Shown here one piece after another: positions 27,830-39,881 of a stretch of DNA of 64,000 nt. Under the pieces are notes generated by a model. That model saw nothing but the letters and a program-made list of their open reading frames with translations. It was not told the DNA's origin and did not search any database. The number at the start of each line of letters is the position of its first letter. Position 1 is the first letter of the stretch. This DNA comes from Bacteroidota bacterium (GTDB lineage Bacteria > Bacteroidota > Ignavibacteria > UBA10030 > SZUA-254): positions 65,445 through 129,444 of the forward strand of contig DATIXJ010000015.1 in the NCBI GenBank assembly GCA_035518715.1, in the 5' to 3' direction. The position numbers and the translations under genes were made by a program.

Positions 27830-29605
27830 ATGCGTATCTCTCATGCAGTACACCTTTTCTTCCTGCTGCTTTCCTGTTGTCAGTCTCTTACGATTGCGCA
27901 GATCGATTCACTCGGCAATGTTGACCCGATGTCCGAATCGGACGAGGAAATCATCGAGCAGACTGCAAACGCGGACGAATCCCCCATCATGGACTACCTT
28001 CATCCGGAAATGCATGAAGGAGATGAGCATCTGACCATCCGGTCACGCATGCGGTCGACACTTGATCCGTCGAGAGCGTATGCCGATGGTTACTATTCCG
28101 GAAACGCTCTCCAGTCATGTCAGCGCCTCGATCTGTATGCTGGCGTACATCTTTCAGGCGGATTGCTTGTGAAAAAAGATCCCGGCGAACGAATGCTGAA
28201 CGACTTTTCCACCGGAAATATCGCCCTTTCAGATGTCGGCGTGTTCTCGAAGGTCATCTTGGGTGATTACTTCGTGGAAGGCGGTGAGGGGATAGCGCTC
28301 TGGCGCAACATGGATGCCGGAAAGGGATCGAACGTGGCGGCATCCGCCGTCCGCGAGGGACGCGGGCTCATGCCGTTCGCATCGGCAAGCGAATCAGGAT
28401 TCTTTCGCGGAGTTGCCGCACAACTTTCGCTCGGCGCCGGTACGTTCACCCTTCTCCTTTCGAAAAAACCAGAAAATGCATACCTGGACAGTCTCGGCCG
28501 GGTTACCGGTCTGTATACCGGTGGTTATTTCCGAACCACCTCTGAACTTGAAAAGCGGAACACACTCACGGACCAGCTTGTGGGAGGAAGAATCCAATAT
28601 CATTTATCGGATGACATCCTGTTCGGTTCAACGTACTATCATTCCACATTTTCACGCCCCTTTCTCGTCGACAACGGTGATGTCTTTGGAGGGACGTCAC
28701 TTTCGATGGGGGCAGTTGATTTTCGGGTAACATCCGGGATTGCGAGTTTTTTTGGCGAATGGGGGGTAAGCAACAGTTCAGCCTGCGGAATTTCCGGCGT
28801 GAAACTTATGCCGAATCAGTCCATAACGGTTGTGACGTCCTTCCGATCATTCCCTCAACGGTTCATCAGTCTCCATGGATTTGGTTTTGGGGAACGGTCG
28901 TTTGACGAACGCGGGGCATACATGGGAGTTTCACTTCGGATACGGGAACACCTCCGGCTCTCATCCTACATCGACGAATATGCGTTTCCTTCTGCGAGCT
29001 CATCGCTTTTCGGGACATCGGGCCACGATTTTCTCGTTCAGTCGGAATATATTCCACACCGGAAAATCGAAATCATTCTGCGATATCAGCAAAAGTACTC
29101 GGATTTCGAAGAAGAGAATCTCACCTGTTACGGCTTGATGAATCGCTCAGCCAGTGTTCAATCCGTCCAGCATCTCAGGATTCAGGTAGGTATTCGTATA
29201 TCACCCGAAGTGCGGCTCTCCAGCAGGGGTGAGGAAACGATCCTCAAGAGTACGCCCGCAGGCGTTCAGCAGAAAGGATGGATGACCTATCAGGACCTGG
29301 TCGTTCGTATGGCAAAATGGGCCACATCGAATGTACGGCTCGCGGTCTTTCACACTGATTCTTATGACACCCGTGTGTATGAACTGGAACGCGATTTCCC
29401 GGGCGTTTGCTCGATGCCGGGATTGTACGGAAGAGGAATGAAGTGGTATGTGCTGTTGTTCTGTCCGGTGACAGAGTTCTTCCGTTTCAGTCTGAAGTAT
29501 TCCGAGCTGGTGCGCGATGATGTGAAACGCATAGGAACGGGAGAGGACCAACTCCCCTCAAATCGCGACAGACGAATCGGTTTGCAGCTGGATGCCAAAT
29601 TCTGA
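27830..29605 (+). CDS. hypothetical outer-membrane protein (predicted large beta-barrel)
   Basis: Signal peptide, an acidic N-terminal linker, an amphipathic strand pattern, and a C-terminus ...GLQLDAKF. No catalytic motif recognised. Confidence 0.55.
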   Translation: MRISHAVHLFFLLLSCCQSLTIAQIDSLGNVDPMSESDEEIIEQTANADESPIMDYLHPEMHEGDEHLTIRSRMRSTLDPSRAYADGYYSGNALQSCQRLDLYAGVHLSGGLLVKKDPGERMLNDFSTGNIALSDVGVFSKVILGDYFVEGGEGIALWRNMDAGKGSNVAASAVREGRGLMPFASASESGFFRGVAAQLSLGAGTFTLLLSKKPENAYLDSLGRVTGLYTGGYFRTTSELEKRNTLTDQLVGGRIQYHLSDDILFGSTYYHSTFSRPFLVDNGDVFGGTSLSMGAVDFRVTSGIASFFGEWGVSNSSACGISGVKLMPNQSITVVTSFRSFPQRFISLHGFGFGERSFDERGAYMGVSLRIREHLRLSSYIDEYAFPSASSSLFGTSGHDFLVQSEYIPHRKIEIILRYQQKYSDFEEENLTCYGLMNRSASVQSVQHLRIQVGIRISPEVRLSSRGEETILKSTPAGVQQKGWMTYQDLVVRMAKWATSNVRLAVFHTDSYDTRVYELERDFPGVCSMPGLYGRGMKWYVLLFCPVTEFFRFSLKYSELVRDDVKRIGTGEDQLPSNRDRRIGLQLDAKF

Positions 29606-29631
29606 GAGATATTGGTTCTTCAGCGGCATTT

Positions 29632-30759
29632 ATGTATCTTGATAAGATGCCGACAGACAAAACAAATACGGGAAAAGTAGTGGTTGCGATGAGCGGGGGG
29701 GTCGATTCCTCGGTCGCCGCTGCGCTTCTCCTCGATCAGGGATTTGAGGTGATCGGCGTTACCATGAAAACATACTCGTTCGACGATGTGGGGGGAAACA
29801 TCGGCAACGAAACGAGCTGCTGCGGTCTTGATGCGTTCAATGATGCTCGCATGGTGGCGGTAAAACTCGGCATTCCGCATTACGTGGTCGATTTTACGGA
29901 ACAGTTCGGCAAGTTTGTCATCGATAATTTTGTGGATGAATATCTAAAGGGAAGAACGCCGAACCCCTGCATCATCTGTAACCAGAAGATCAAGTGGGGT
30001 GCATTGATTGCCAAAGCGGCATCACTTGGAGCCGAACATATTGCGACAGGGCATTATGCACGGTTGAGGTTCGACGAAAATGCAGGGCGCTATGCCATTG
30101 CCCGACCACGCGATCTGAATAAAGACCAGACGTATGCACTCTGGGGGGTATCACAGGAATCCCTCGCAAAGACCGTTTTTCCGCTCGGCGAGATGACGAA
30201 GCCGGAAGTTCGTGCCGTTGCCGAGAAGTTTGTATTAAAGACGGCCTCGAAGGAGGAGAGCTTTGAGATCTGCTTTGTTGCCGACAATGATTACAGGCGG
30301 TTTATCGCGGAGCGGAAACCGGATCTCCTTCCCACGCTTGAGGGCGGAGACATCGTTCGTTACGGAGCGGTTGTCGGAACGCACCGCGGGTATCCCTTCT
30401 ACACTATTGGCCAACGAAGCGGGATCGGTGCACATCCGGAGAGAATGTACGTTACCGACATCGATGCCGCATCAAATACCGTGACGATCGGCCGAAGCGA
30501 TGAATTGCTTCACCGCGAACTCTTTGCTTCCCGCATCAATCTCGTGAGTTGTGCAACTCTCGATCCGGGAGCCAGAATCCTCGCTCAGGTCCGGTACAAA
30601 GACTCACCCTCCGCAGCGACGGTATGTTCCCTCGAGTCGGACACAATCCGGATCAGATTCGACGAGCCGAAACGGGCGATTACACCTGGGCAGTCCGTCG
30701 TGATGTACGCGGGAGATCGGCTCCTCGGCGGCGCAGTTATCGAGAGAGCATACGACTGA
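29632..30759 (+). CDS. mnmA: tRNA 2-thiouridine(34) synthase MnmA
   Basis: PP-loop VVVAMSGGVDSSVAA. Catalytic Cys context NPCIICN. DQTYAL. The start could instead be the second ATG (29647). Confidence 0.95.
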   Translation: MYLDKMPTDKTNTGKVVVAMSGGVDSSVAAALLLDQGFEVIGVTMKTYSFDDVGGNIGNETSCCGLDAFNDARMVAVKLGIPHYVVDFTEQFGKFVIDNFVDEYLKGRTPNPCIICNQKIKWGALIAKAASLGAEHIATGHYARLRFDENAGRYAIARPRDLNKDQTYALWGVSQESLAKTVFPLGEMTKPEVRAVAEKFVLKTASKEESFEICFVADNDYRRFIAERKPDLLPTLEGGDIVRYGAVVGTHRGYPFYTIGQRSGIGAHPERMYVTDIDAASNTVTIGRSDELLHRELFASRINLVSCATLDPGARILAQVRYKDSPSAATVCSLESDTIRIRFDEPKRAITPGQSVVMYAGDRLLGGAVIERAYD

Positions 30760-30891
30760 GTTCTTCTGACCTCCCGATTCCGGCGCACGGCTCTCGATGC
30801 CGGCTGAACTCCTGCCATGACGGCACGAGACTCTTGTATTCCGAATACTCATACCATATATTCTCAAAGACTTTTTCAAACAGGAATTCTT

Positions 30892-32451
30892 ATGGGAAAA
30901 TCGATTCCATCCGATCGGATTCACGATCTCCACAAGCGTAAGGAGCGGTCGCTCGCGGGAGGCGGGGAGAAGCGTGTTGACGATCAGCATAAGAAAGGCA
31001 AGCTGACGGCGCGCGAGCGTTTGGAACTTCTCCTCGATCCTGACAGTTTCGACGAGATCGATGCGCTAGTGGAACATCGGTCGTATGACTTCGGGCTGGA
31101 GAAACAGAAGTATCCGGGAGACGGAGTCGTTACCGGCTCGGGGAAAATTAACGGTCGCCCCGTTTTCGTCTTCAGCCAGGATTTTACCGTTTTTGGCGGC
31201 TCGCTTTCAGGAGCTCATGCCGAAAAGATCTGCAAGATTATGGACCTTGCCCTCAAGGTCGGCGTACCGATCATCGGATTGAACGATTCCGGCGGAGCCC
31301 GTATCCAGGAGGGTGTGGTGAGTCTCGGGGGTTATGCCAATATCTTTCTCCGGAATACACTTGCTTCGGGTGTGATCCCGCAAATTTCTGCAGTCCTCGG
31401 TCCCTGCGCGGGCGGAGCGGTCTATTCTCCCGCAATCACCGATTTCATCTTCATGGTGAAAAAAACGAGCTACATGTTCGTCACCGGTCCAAACGTCGTG
31501 AAGACTGTTACACACGAGGACGTTTCGTTTGAAGATCTCGGGGGAGCGGACACTCATGCCGGGAAGTCCGGCGTTGCGCACTTTGCCTGCGAGAATGAGA
31601 TTGAGTGTCTGCAAATGTTACGGAAGCTGATGGGGTTTTTGCCGCAGAATAATATTGATGATCCCCCTCATGTCGAATCGAACGATCCGCCTGACCGGAG
31701 GGAAGAATTTCTGAATTCGGTTGTGCCGGAAAACCCCAACAAACCCTACGACATGAAAGAAATTATCAGTCGCCTGGTCGACCGGGGCGATTTTCTGGAA
31801 GTCCACGAATCATATGCTCAAAATATCATCGTCGGTTTTGCCCGGCTCGCCGGCAGGTCGGTCGGCATCGTTGCAAATCAGCCCGCCGTTCTCGCCGGAG
31901 TTCTGGATATCGAGGCGTCAATCAAGGGAGCGAGATTTATACGATTTTGTGATGCATTCAATATACCGCTTCTTGTTCTGGAAGATGTGCCGGGCTTTCT
32001 TCCCGGAACCGACCAGGAGTGGCGAGGGATCATCAAGCATGGCGCAAAACTGCTGTTCGCCTTCTGTGAGGCAACGGTACCGAAGATCACGGTGATCACG
32101 CGTAAAGCGTACGGCGGCGCGTATGATGTCATGAACTCCAAACATATTCGCGGCGACTTCAATTTTGCCTGGCCGACTGCAGAAATCGCAGTCATGGGTC
32201 CGAAAGGAGCCGTCGAAATTATTTTCAGGAAGGATATCGAGTCATCCAGAAACAAGGGGAAAAAATTGGATGAACTGATTGAGGAATACAGGAAGAAATT
32301 TGCGAACCCCTATATCGCGGCGGCAAGGGGTTATCTCGACGATGTCATAGTACCGGCAGAGACGCGTCCGAAACTTATCCGCACATTCGAAGTACTGCGG
32401 AATAAGGTCGATTCCAATCCAAAAAAGAAGCATTCAAACATCCCTCTTTAG
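30892..32451 (+). CDS. acyl-CoA carboxylase carboxyltransferase (beta) subunit (propionyl-CoA carboxylase / methylmalonyl-CoA carboxyltransferase type)
   Basis: [24 protein letters not shown]-like [21 protein letters not shown], and AYGGAYDVM. Start is the internal ATG 30892 of ORF 30817..32451. Confidence 0.92.
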   Translation: MGKSIPSDRIHDLHKRKERSLAGGGEKRVDDQHKKGKLTARERLELLLDPDSFDEIDALVEHRSYDFGLEKQKYPGDGVVTGSGKINGRPVFVFSQDFTVFGGSLSGAHAEKICKIMDLALKVGVPIIGLNDSGGARIQEGVVSLGGYANIFLRNTLASGVIPQISAVLGPCAGGAVYSPAITDFIFMVKKTSYMFVTGPNVVKTVTHEDVSFEDLGGADTHAGKSGVAHFACENEIECLQMLRKLMGFLPQNNIDDPPHVESNDPPDRREEFLNSVVPENPNKPYDMKEIISRLVDRGDFLEVHESYAQNIIVGFARLAGRSVGIVANQPAVLAGVLDIEASIKGARFIRFCDAFNIPLLVLEDVPGFLPGTDQEWRGIIKHGAKLLFAFCEATVPKITVITRKAYGGAYDVMNSKHIRGDFNFAWPTAEIAVMGPKGAVEIIFRKDIESSRNKGKKLDELIEEYRKKFANPYIAAARGYLDDVIVPAETRPKLIRTFEVLRNKVDSNPKKKHSNIPL

Positions 32452-32491
32452 CCGAATCCGTTGCTCTACGTCACCACCCCTGAAAAATGTC

Positions 32492-32520
32492 TTGACATTT
32501 TTACCGTAAACCTCTATATT
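32492..32520 (+). promoter_or_regulatory. sigma70-type promoter (TTGACA-N17-TATATT) for the mltD-like gene
   Basis: TTGACA at 32492-32497, a 17-nt spacer, TATATT at 32515-32520. An AAGGAAG RBS lies before the TTG start at 32563. Confidence 0.65.
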
Positions 32521-32562
32521 CAAAGCTATTATGCGAAACCATAAACAAGGAAGTATCGGAAA

Positions 32563-34752
32563 TTGAATAGAATTTGGACAATATTGATTTTTGGCGTACT
32601 GATTGCGGCTTGTTCAAGTGAGCGGGCGACGAAATCGCCTTCACTTCAGACCGGCTCTTCCGGTAATTCTTTCCGTTTAGTTTCCAATGATCCGCCGTCT
32701 CTTGGCGATGCTTCAACGGAATGCGACACTCTTCTTGCCGATTCCACAGATGATCCGATGACTTCGCAGCTTCTCGAACGGGCGCGCCAGCATTATCAGG
32801 CGGCGCTTGATGCGGAAGACTGCAGCGATTCCGTTCGTTCGGCAAATGAGTTTGAGTACGCGATCGGCATACTCAACGAACTTGGTTACTATCCGAATAT
32901 TGAAGGCAACCGCGATTTCAACGATTTGAGCCGGAGCATCGTCGCCGATTACGAAAAGTATATTGCGAACATCGATAGTCTCGGGCCGCAGACATCCATC
33001 TTTGCTCTCAGGAAAAAGCTCAACCAGGTTGATGAGCTTTCCGACACAACCGGACAGGATGTCACGCAGAAGATCATTACGACGACAACCATTCCTTTGG
33101 TGGTCAATGGACACGTTGACCAGAATATCAGTTTCTTCCAGGGACGTGGACGAGATCATTTTGAGAGATGGCTGCATCTTGGCGGCAGGTATTTCCCGGT
33201 CATGAAGAAAGTTTTCCGTGAGCAGGGTGTTCCCGAGGAACTCATGTACCTGTCCATGGTCGAAAGTGGCTTGAATCCGGTTGCGCGGTCCTGGGCGCGC
33301 GCAGTTGGTTTGTGGCAGTTCATCAAAGGAACCGGTCAACTTTACGGGCTGCATGGAAATTTCTGGTATGACGAACGTCGTGATTTTGAAAAAGCGACGG
33401 TGGCTGCGTCGAAACACCTCAAGGATCTCTACGGTGAATTTGGAGATTGGTATCTGGCGCTTGCTGCATATAATTCCGGGGCAGGGAGAGTGTACCGCGC
33501 GATCCGGAGAAGCGGGTCGAGTGATTTCTGGAAGATGCGTCCGTATCTTCCGCGCGAGACGCGTAACTACGTACCGCAGTTTATCGCTGTTGCGGTTATG
33601 TCGATGGATCCGAAGACGTACGGGTTCGACATTGAACCTGCCGATTCGCTTTCCTATGACGTGGTGACGGTCAAAGACTGTGTCGATCTTGAGGTGCTTG
33701 CCAAATGTGCGGGTTCCGATGTGGAAACATTGCATGATCTGAATCCTGAACTCCTCCACTGGTGTACTCCTCCTGCATCCGAAGGCGGATACGTTCTCCG
33801 CATTCCTCGGGGCCAGCGCAGCGTGTTCGAGAAAAATTATGCAGCTCTGCCTGATGATCAGAAACGCGATTACAAGACCTACACCGTTCGCCGGAGAGAA
33901 TCGCTTGCCACAATCGCCCGCCGATTCGGAATCTCATCGGCTGTCCTGGCTGATGCAAATCATCTTGCGAAAAGACGCGTCTCTACCGGTCAGTCTCTCA
34001 TCATTCCAACGCTGCCGTCGAATGCGATGTTTGTTTCCAATCTCGGGACGGATGATCCTTCCGCAAAGACGAGTCGCCGGGGACGAAACAGTTCGGGAAG
34101 AATGACCGCTCCGTCGGGGAAGTCGAAAGTTTCGTACAAGATCAGAAAAGGCGATTCGCTCGGCAAGATTGCGGACTGGTTCGATGTTCGCATCAGCGAT
34201 CTTCGCAGGTGGAATGAGATTCCCTACGGCAGTACGATAAAAGCCGGTGAGGTGTTGACAATCTGGACTGCGGCGGACCAGACGAGCAAGTACGCAGCAA
34301 TCAACAACTGGACCGATGCGGAGCATGAAAAGGCCTTGAATGCAAAGGACGAATCGGACGATGCAAAGCCGGTCATTGCAGGTCAGCCGAGTTCGTTCTG
34401 GACCAAGTACCGTGTCAAGAGCGGTGATAATCTCGGAAAAATTGCACACCGCTTTAGTGTTGCCATCGAGGATCTTCGAAAGTGGAATGGTCTCACCTCC
34501 AATGTTCTTGAAAAAGGACGTGAGCTGGAAATTCTGGTTGAGGATACGAGCGTTGCCGCGAGCCGCACTTCTCTGGCCGCCGCAAAGGACACCTCGAAGG
34601 CAAAGAAAGGGGTTTCCTACACGGTGAAGAAGGGAGACACACTCCACAGCATTGCATCAGCATTCGGCATCTCAGTTTCCAAGCTCCGATCCATGAACCG
34701 CTTGCGCGGTGCCCATCTGCGAGTCGGACAGGAACTCTTCATCAGCTCCTGA
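32563..34752 (+). CDS. mltD: membrane-bound lytic murein transglycosylase D-like lipoprotein with four LysM domains
   Basis: Lipobox LIAACS. SLT domain [22 protein letters not shown]...AYNSG. Four LysM repeats ([13 protein letters not shown].., [13 protein letters not shown].., [13 protein letters not shown].., [13 protein letters not shown]..). Confidence 0.9.
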   Translation: MNRIWTILIFGVLIAACSSERATKSPSLQTGSSGNSFRLVSNDPPSLGDASTECDTLLADSTDDPMTSQLLERARQHYQAALDAEDCSDSVRSANEFEYAIGILNELGYYPNIEGNRDFNDLSRSIVADYEKYIANIDSLGPQTSIFALRKKLNQVDELSDTTGQDVTQKIITTTTIPLVVNGHVDQNISFFQGRGRDHFERWLHLGGRYFPVMKKVFREQGVPEELMYLSMVESGLNPVARSWARAVGLWQFIKGTGQLYGLHGNFWYDERRDFEKATVAASKHLKDLYGEFGDWYLALAAYNSGAGRVYRAIRRSGSSDFWKMRPYLPRETRNYVPQFIAVAVMSMDPKTYGFDIEPADSLSYDVVTVKDCVDLEVLAKCAGSDVETLHDLNPELLHWCTPPASEGGYVLRIPRGQRSVFEKNYAALPDDQKRDYKTYTVRRRESLATIARRFGISSAVLADANHLAKRRVSTGQSLIIPTLPSNAMFVSNLGTDDPSAKTSRRGRNSSGRMTAPSGKSKVSYKIRKGDSLGKIADWFDVRISDLRRWNEIPYGSTIKAGEVLTIWTAADQTSKYAAINNWTDAEHEKALNAKDESDDAKPVIAGQPSSFWTKYRVKSGDNLGKIAHRFSVAIEDLRKWNGLTSNVLEKGRELEILVEDTSVAASRTSLAAAKDTSKAKKGVSYTVKKGDTLHSIASAFGISVSKLRSMNRLRGAHLRVGQELFISS

Positions 34753-34887
34753 ATCTATCCTTCAAAATCTCTGTTCTATTCATTCCGCGGTGGCCCGCGG
34801 GAAATTGATTTTCTCTGCATTTTTCGATACTTTATTCTCCGAGAAAGAAGATTATCTTCGGATTCTTCTTCTTCCCGAATCTGCAGT

Positions 34888-34975
34888 GGAGAGGTGCTAG
34901 AGTGGTTGAATAGGCTGGTCTCGAAAACCAGTGTCCTCTTTATGGGGACCGTGGGTTCGAATCCCACCCTCTCCG
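34888..34975 (+). tRNA. tRNA-Ser (anticodon CGA)
   Basis: Acceptor stem GGAGAGG/CCTCTCC, anticodon stem-loop CTGGT-CTCGAAA-ACCAG, a long variable arm, T-arm GTGGG-TTCGAAT-CCCAC, and discriminator G. CCA is not encoded. Confidence 0.93.
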
Positions 34976-35139
34976 CACACGACGTGCGTTGATGAATACC
35001 CTTTTCGTTCCGGAACCTGTTTCCGGCCCTCTGCACAGCGCTTTCCATATCCTCTCGTTGGAATTCAGAAAAAAAATATTTATACTGCACGAACTTTGCA
35101 TACTGCCTCCTTCAAATAATCCTCGAACTGAAATCATTT

Positions 35140-36459
35140 ATGAATATTAGTGTCATTGGAACCGGTTATGTCGGCCTCGTTGTTGGAACGTGTTTTGCCG
35201 AAACAGGAAATGATGTGGTTTGTGTTGATATCGATGAGAAGAAAGTCCGGATGCTTCGTAAAGGCAAGTCTCCGATTTACGAACCTGGGCTTGAAGAACT
35301 GCTGCGGAAGAATATTTCTGAGAAACGGCTGACCTTTACGACGGATATCAGGAGTGCCATTCGATCGGGAGAAGTGATATTCCTTGCGCTTCCCACCCCG
35401 CCTTCGGAGGACGGATCGGCCGATCTTCGCCATGTCCTCGGTGTGTCGGAAACCATCGCAAAGACGATCAACGGATACAAAGTCGTTGTGAACAAGAGTA
35501 CGGTGCCCGTCGGGACAGCCGACAAGGTGCGTGCAGTGATTTCAAGAACATCGAAATTTGAGTTTGATGTCGTGTCGAATCCCGAGTTTCTGAAGGAGGG
35601 GGCCGCCGTCAATGATTTCATGAAACCTGACCGCATTGTGGTTGGCTCGAGCAGCCCGCGTGCGATCAGCGTCATGGAAGAGCTCTACGCCCCGTTCATC
35701 CGTACCGGCAACCCGGTGATTGTGATGGACGAGCGGAGCTCGGAGATGACGAAGTACGCTGCCAATGCGTTTCTCGCCACGAAAATTTCCTTTATGAATG
35801 AGATTGCAAACCTGTGCGACCGCGTCGGTGCGGACGTCGATATGATCCGGAAGGGCATCGGAACGGATCCACGAATCGGGATGCAATTCCTCTTCGCAGG
35901 AACGGGGTACGGCGGGTCGTGTTTCCCGAAGGATGTCAGCGCACTTGCCAAGACCTCGAAGGAATTCAAATATGACTTCAAGATTCTGAATTCGGTGGAG
36001 TGGGTCAATAAAGAACAGCGGGTACAGTTTGCAAAGAAAGTCATTTCCCACTTCGGAAAACGAATCCGGGGAAAAACCATTGCCGTCTGGGGTCTTTCGT
36101 TCAAACCGAATACCGACGACATGCGTGAAGCGCCTTCCCTCACGGTGATCGCACAACTGTTGAAACACAAGGCGGTCGTCCATGGCCACGATCCCGTTGC
36201 GAATGAAGAGGCGAAGAAGCATTTCGGGACATCCATCAAATATTTCAAGAAAAATTACGATGCACTGAAGGGTGCCGATGCACTCGTGGTGATGACCGAA
36301 TGGAATGAATTCCGGAGACCCGATTTTGCAAAAGTGAAGTCCCTCATGAAAGGCAACGTGATCTTCGACGGGAGAAATATTTACAATCCTCAAATGCTGC
36401 AGGACCTGGGATTTGTGTATTTTGGCATCGGCCGCGGGCGGACACATGCCTCAGAATAG
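35140..36459 (+). CDS. ugd: UDP-glucose 6-dehydrogenase
   Basis: NAD-binding [14 protein letters not shown]. Catalytic GGSCFPKD. Typical length. Confidence 0.95.
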   Translation: MNISVIGTGYVGLVVGTCFAETGNDVVCVDIDEKKVRMLRKGKSPIYEPGLEELLRKNISEKRLTFTTDIRSAIRSGEVIFLALPTPPSEDGSADLRHVLGVSETIAKTINGYKVVVNKSTVPVGTADKVRAVISRTSKFEFDVVSNPEFLKEGAAVNDFMKPDRIVVGSSSPRAISVMEELYAPFIRTGNPVIVMDERSSEMTKYAANAFLATKISFMNEIANLCDRVGADVDMIRKGIGTDPRIGMQFLFAGTGYGGSCFPKDVSALAKTSKEFKYDFKILNSVEWVNKEQRVQFAKKVISHFGKRIRGKTIAVWGLSFKPNTDDMREAPSLTVIAQLLKHKAVVHGHDPVANEEAKKHFGTSIKYFKKNYDALKGADALVVMTEWNEFRRPDFAKVKSLMKGNVIFDGRNIYNPQMLQDLGFVYFGIGRGRTHASE

Positions 36460-37411
36460 CCCCGTCAGTCTCGTTACCGGGGGAGCGGGGTTCCTCGGAT
36501 CGCATCTCTGTGATCGGCTCCTTGCCGAGGGGCATAGCGTCATCTGCATCGACAACCTGATCACGGGAGATACTGCAAACATTGCCCATCTTCTCGGCAA
36601 CGAGAAGTTCCGTTTTGTCCACCACGACATCACCAACTATATTTTCATTGAAGGTCCGGTCAATAACGTCCTCCATTTTGCCTCGCCTGCGAGCCCGATC
36701 GATTACCTGAAGCTGCCCATCCAGACGCTGAAGGTCGGCTCTCTCGGAACACACAAGGCGCTCGGCCTTGCGAAAGCAAAAGGCGCGCGGTTCCTGCTCG
36801 CCACAACTTCGGAAGTATATGGCGATCCCCTCGTTCACCCCCAGCAGGAATCCTACTGGGGAAATGTCAATCCCATCGGCTCCCGCGGAGTGTATGATGA
36901 AGCGAAGAGGTTTGCAGAAGCGATGACCATGGCGTATCACCGCTTTCACGGGGTTGATACGAGACTGGTGCGAATTTTTAACACGTATGGTCCCCGCATG
37001 CGCATCAACGACGGGCGTGCAATCCCTGCGTTCATGTCGCAGGCGCTCAGGCACGAAGATGTCACCGTGTTTGGGGATGGGAGTCAGACGCGCAGTGTCT
37101 GTTATGTCGATGATTTGATTGATGGAATATACCGACTTCTCCTTTCGGATATTGTGGATCCGGTAAACATTGGGAACCCCGACGAAATTCCGATGCTCCA
37201 GCTCGCAAAGGAAATTATCGAGCTTACGGGAAGTCCGAGCAAGATCGTCTTCAGAGAACTCCCCGAGGATGATCCGAAGATCCGCCAACCCGATATTACG
37301 AGGGCACGAACGCTTCTCGGCTGGTCGCCGAAAGTCAATCGACGGGATGGATTAAAGAAAACGCTGGAGTATTTTCGGACCAAGATCGTTCCCGCTTCCC
37401 CGAAGAGGTAA
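36446..37411 (+). CDS. uxs: UDP-glucuronate decarboxylase (UDP-xylose synthase)
   Basis: [27 protein letters not shown] (YxxxK), and strong resemblance to UXS1-type SDRs. The ATG at 36446 overlaps the ugd 3' end by 14 nt. Confidence 0.9.
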   Translation: MPQNSPVSLVTGGAGFLGSHLCDRLLAEGHSVICIDNLITGDTANIAHLLGNEKFRFVHHDITNYIFIEGPVNNVLHFASPASPIDYLKLPIQTLKVGSLGTHKALGLAKAKGARFLLATTSEVYGDPLVHPQQESYWGNVNPIGSRGVYDEAKRFAEAMTMAYHRFHGVDTRLVRIFNTYGPRMRINDGRAIPAFMSQALRHEDVTVFGDGSQTRSVCYVDDLIDGIYRLLLSDIVDPVNIGNPDEIPMLQLAKEIIELTGSPSKIVFRELPEDDPKIRQPDITRARTLLGWSPKVNRRDGLKKTLEYFRTKIVPASPKR

Positions 37412-37421
37412 ACCTGCACTG

Positions 37422-38384
37422 ATGAACCGACTCTTTGCGGTTGCGGTTCTCATATCGTGTGTTGTTCCCACTTCATGCTATTCAGGAAATCTCCCCGGTC
37501 TCGGCAATTCCTTATTTCCCCCTGTTGAAGGGAATCTGCATTCGCCCCTTTGGTGTGCCCCGGACAGCGTCGATACCTCCGCAGGGCAGAGTCCGGGCGA
37601 TCAGCAGGTCGATAAAGGGAGACTTGCGCTCGTCGGAGGTACGCTCGTGCTTTCCATGGTAACGATCCACATCTATCAGCAAAATGGCTGGTGGAAAGAT
37701 AACCGCGCCCCGTTTCATTTCCAGGAAGATCTTGTCTACGGTCTCAATGTCGATAAGTTCGGCCATTTCTATGGGGCGACACTCATGGAATTTGCGGTGA
37801 GCAAATGTCTCGAATGGGCAAACGTATCGGAGGAATCCGCACTCTACTTTGGTTCGGGGGGAGCATTGCTTTTCCAGACGTATGTCGAGGTGGAAGATGG
37901 GTTTTCCGCGTGGGGATTTGACCGCGTGGATTTCGCCTCGGATCTTGCCGGCTCGCTCTGGCCGATCGCCCGCTATCATTTCCCTGTACTCCGGAATATC
38001 GACATGAAGCTGAGCTATCATCCGTCATCTTTGCTCGGGGAACCGGGAGGAACCGGATTCAAAGGACAGAAGCATCTCATGATCGACGACTACGAGGGAC
38101 AGACGATATGGTTCTCTGTAAAGGTCGGACAGCTTCTTCCCGAGAGCTTCCGGAAGATCTGGCCTGAGTTTCTCGGAGTCTCCTTGGGCTATGGAGTGCG
38201 GAATGTTGCGGGAGTAAATCCGCACCGCGTCTATTTTCTTGCACCCGACCTTGATGTCACGAAAATCATTCCTCCGTCGACTTCATTCCTCAAAACGCTT
38301 GGTCAGGCACTCAACTTCATCCATCTTCCGCTTCCCGCCGTCCAGTTTCTGCCTGGGAGTGTCTGGTACGGACTCTATTTCTGA
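37422..38384 (+). CDS. hypothetical exported/lipoprotein (possibly DUF2279-like)
   Basis: Signal-like N-terminus. WW...F.F..D...NVDKFGHFYGA is reminiscent of the DUF2279 DKxxH motif. The family call is tentative. Confidence 0.5.
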   Translation: MNRLFAVAVLISCVVPTSCYSGNLPGLGNSLFPPVEGNLHSPLWCAPDSVDTSAGQSPGDQQVDKGRLALVGGTLVLSMVTIHIYQQNGWWKDNRAPFHFQEDLVYGLNVDKFGHFYGATLMEFAVSKCLEWANVSEESALYFGSGGALLFQTYVEVEDGFSAWGFDRVDFASDLAGSLWPIARYHFPVLRNIDMKLSYHPSSLLGEPGGTGFKGQKHLMIDDYEGQTIWFSVKVGQLLPESFRKIWPEFLGVSLGYGVRNVAGVNPHRVYFLAPDLDVTKIIPPSTSFLKTLGQALNFIHLPLPAVQFLPGSVWYGLYF

Positions 38385-38495
38385 TGCTTGATTTTCATAC
38401 CCTCATTATGTATTTTGAAAAAGGACATTTCTGAGATTTTCCTCTTCGTCACCGGCTCTCGGTCTCTAGTCATCCAACAAACAGGAGAACAGCAT

Positions 38496-38966
38496 ATGCC
38501 ATTAAAACAAGGCGACAAGGCGCCACAGTTTTCACTCATCGACACAGAACGCAAGGAACGATCGCTTGCGGAATTCTTCGGGAAAAAGACCGTTCTGGCG
38601 TTCTATCCGGGTGCATTTACCGGGGTCTGCACAAAAGAAATGTGTGCGTTCAGGGATTCCTTGTCTCAGTTGAACACACTCAGCGCGCAGGTTGTCGGCA
38701 TCAGCGTTGACTCACCTTTTTCGAACAAAGCATTCGCTGCGGCGAATAATCTCACATTTCCGCTGCTGAGCGATTACACGCGGGTCGTCTCGAAAACATA
38801 CGGCGGAATTCATGAGGACTTTGCGGGCCTGAAGGGATATACTGCGTCGAAACGGGCGGTGTTCGTTCTGGACAAATCAGGAGTCGTAACGTACGTGTGG
38901 ATATCCGACAATCCCGGTGTGGAACCGCCCTACGATGAAGTCAGGAAAGCAGTGGCATCAGCATAA
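38496..38966 (+). CDS. peroxiredoxin (AhpC/TSA-redoxin family)
   Basis: AGGAGA RBS + ATG at 38496. [11 protein letters not shown] peroxidatic Cys context. Confidence 0.85.
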   Translation: MPLKQGDKAPQFSLIDTERKERSLAEFFGKKTVLAFYPGAFTGVCTKEMCAFRDSLSQLNTLSAQVVGISVDSPFSNKAFAAANNLTFPLLSDYTRVVSKTYGGIHEDFAGLKGYTASKRAVFVLDKSGVVTYVWISDNPGVEPPYDEVRKAVASA

Positions 38967-38980
38967 GGAGAATATCGAAG

Positions 38981-39436
38981 ATGGCTCTTGCGGCAGGCGA
39001 CAAAGCGCCGGATTTTTCTCTTCCCTCAACCGATGGGAAGACTCTTTCCCTGAAAGATTTCCAGGGAAAGAAAGTCGTCCTCTACTTTTATCCGAAAGAC
39101 GATACGTCCGGATGTACGAAAGAGGCATGCTCCTTCCGGGATAATCTTGGCCGTGTAAGAAAGAAGGGGGCCGTGATACTCGGTGTGAGTGCCGACTCGG
39201 TAGATTCCCATCAGCACTTCAGGCAGAAATTTGATCTGCCATTTCCGCTTCTCAGTGATGAATCGAAATTGATTATCAAGGCATACGGCGTGTGGAAGGA
39301 AAAATCAATGTACGGGAGGAAATACATGGGAATCGAGCGCACGACCTTCATCATCGACGAACGCGGAAAGATCGCACATATCTTTCCGAAAGTAAAAGTG
39401 GAGGGCCACACCGACGAGGTGCTTGCAAAATTGTAG
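38981..39436 (+). CDS. bcp: thioredoxin-dependent thiol peroxidase (Bcp/PrxQ)
   Basis: [16 protein letters not shown] (Cp and Cr spaced as in Bcp), and FPLLSD. Confidence 0.92.
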   Translation: MALAAGDKAPDFSLPSTDGKTLSLKDFQGKKVVLYFYPKDDTSGCTKEACSFRDNLGRVRKKGAVILGVSADSVDSHQHFRQKFDLPFPLLSDESKLIIKAYGVWKEKSMYGRKYMGIERTTFIIDERGKIAHIFPKVKVEGHTDEVLAKL

Positions 39437-39467
39437 ATTCAATGCATAAGAGAGGTTAATACAGGTT

Positions 39468-39881
39468 ATGGTATATCTGACCCGAAAAGAACATTTTTGT
39501 GCGTCACACCGGTTGTTCAATCCGAAATTCAGCGAGAAGGAAAATCTGGAGATTTACGGCAAGTGCGCGTACCCGAACGGCCACGGGCACAACTACGAGC
39601 TGGAGATCACCGTATCCGGAGAACCGGATCCCCAGACGGGGATGATCCTCGACCTGAAAAAACTCTCCGACATCATCGAGGAGCAGATCCTGCATCACGT
39701 CGATCATAAGCACCTGAACTTCGATGTCGATTTTCTCCGTGGAATTATTCCGACAGCGGAAAACCTGGCGATGGTGTTCTGGAAAATCCTCGAGACAAAA
39801 GTCCCTCAGGGAAAATTGTCAAGTGTGAGAGTGTATGAAACTCCGAACAATTATGCCGAATACCGGGGAGATCGCCGATGA
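39468..39881 (+). CDS. 6-pyruvoyltetrahydropterin synthase, PTPS-II (eukaryote-like) type of the QueD/COG0720 family
   Basis: FCASHRL...[14 protein letters not shown] (C-x5-HGH) and LD.KNL-like [10 protein letters not shown]. Very similar by eye to animal PTPS ([14 protein letters not shown]). Confidence 0.85.
   Translation: MVYLTRKEHFCASHRLFNPKFSEKENLEIYGKCAYPNGHGHNYELEITVSGEPDPQTGMILDLKKLSDIIEEQILHHVDHKHLNFDVDFLRGIIPTAENLAMVFWKILETKVPQGKLSSVRVYETPNNYAEYRGDRR

Noticed and set aside
34888-37411. tRNA-Ser as an integration site for a genomic island.
   Set aside because: There is no integrase, I noticed no direct repeat of the tRNA 3' end downstream, and the flanking genes (mltD, ugd, uxs) are ordinary cell-envelope genes with the same composition as the rest of the window.
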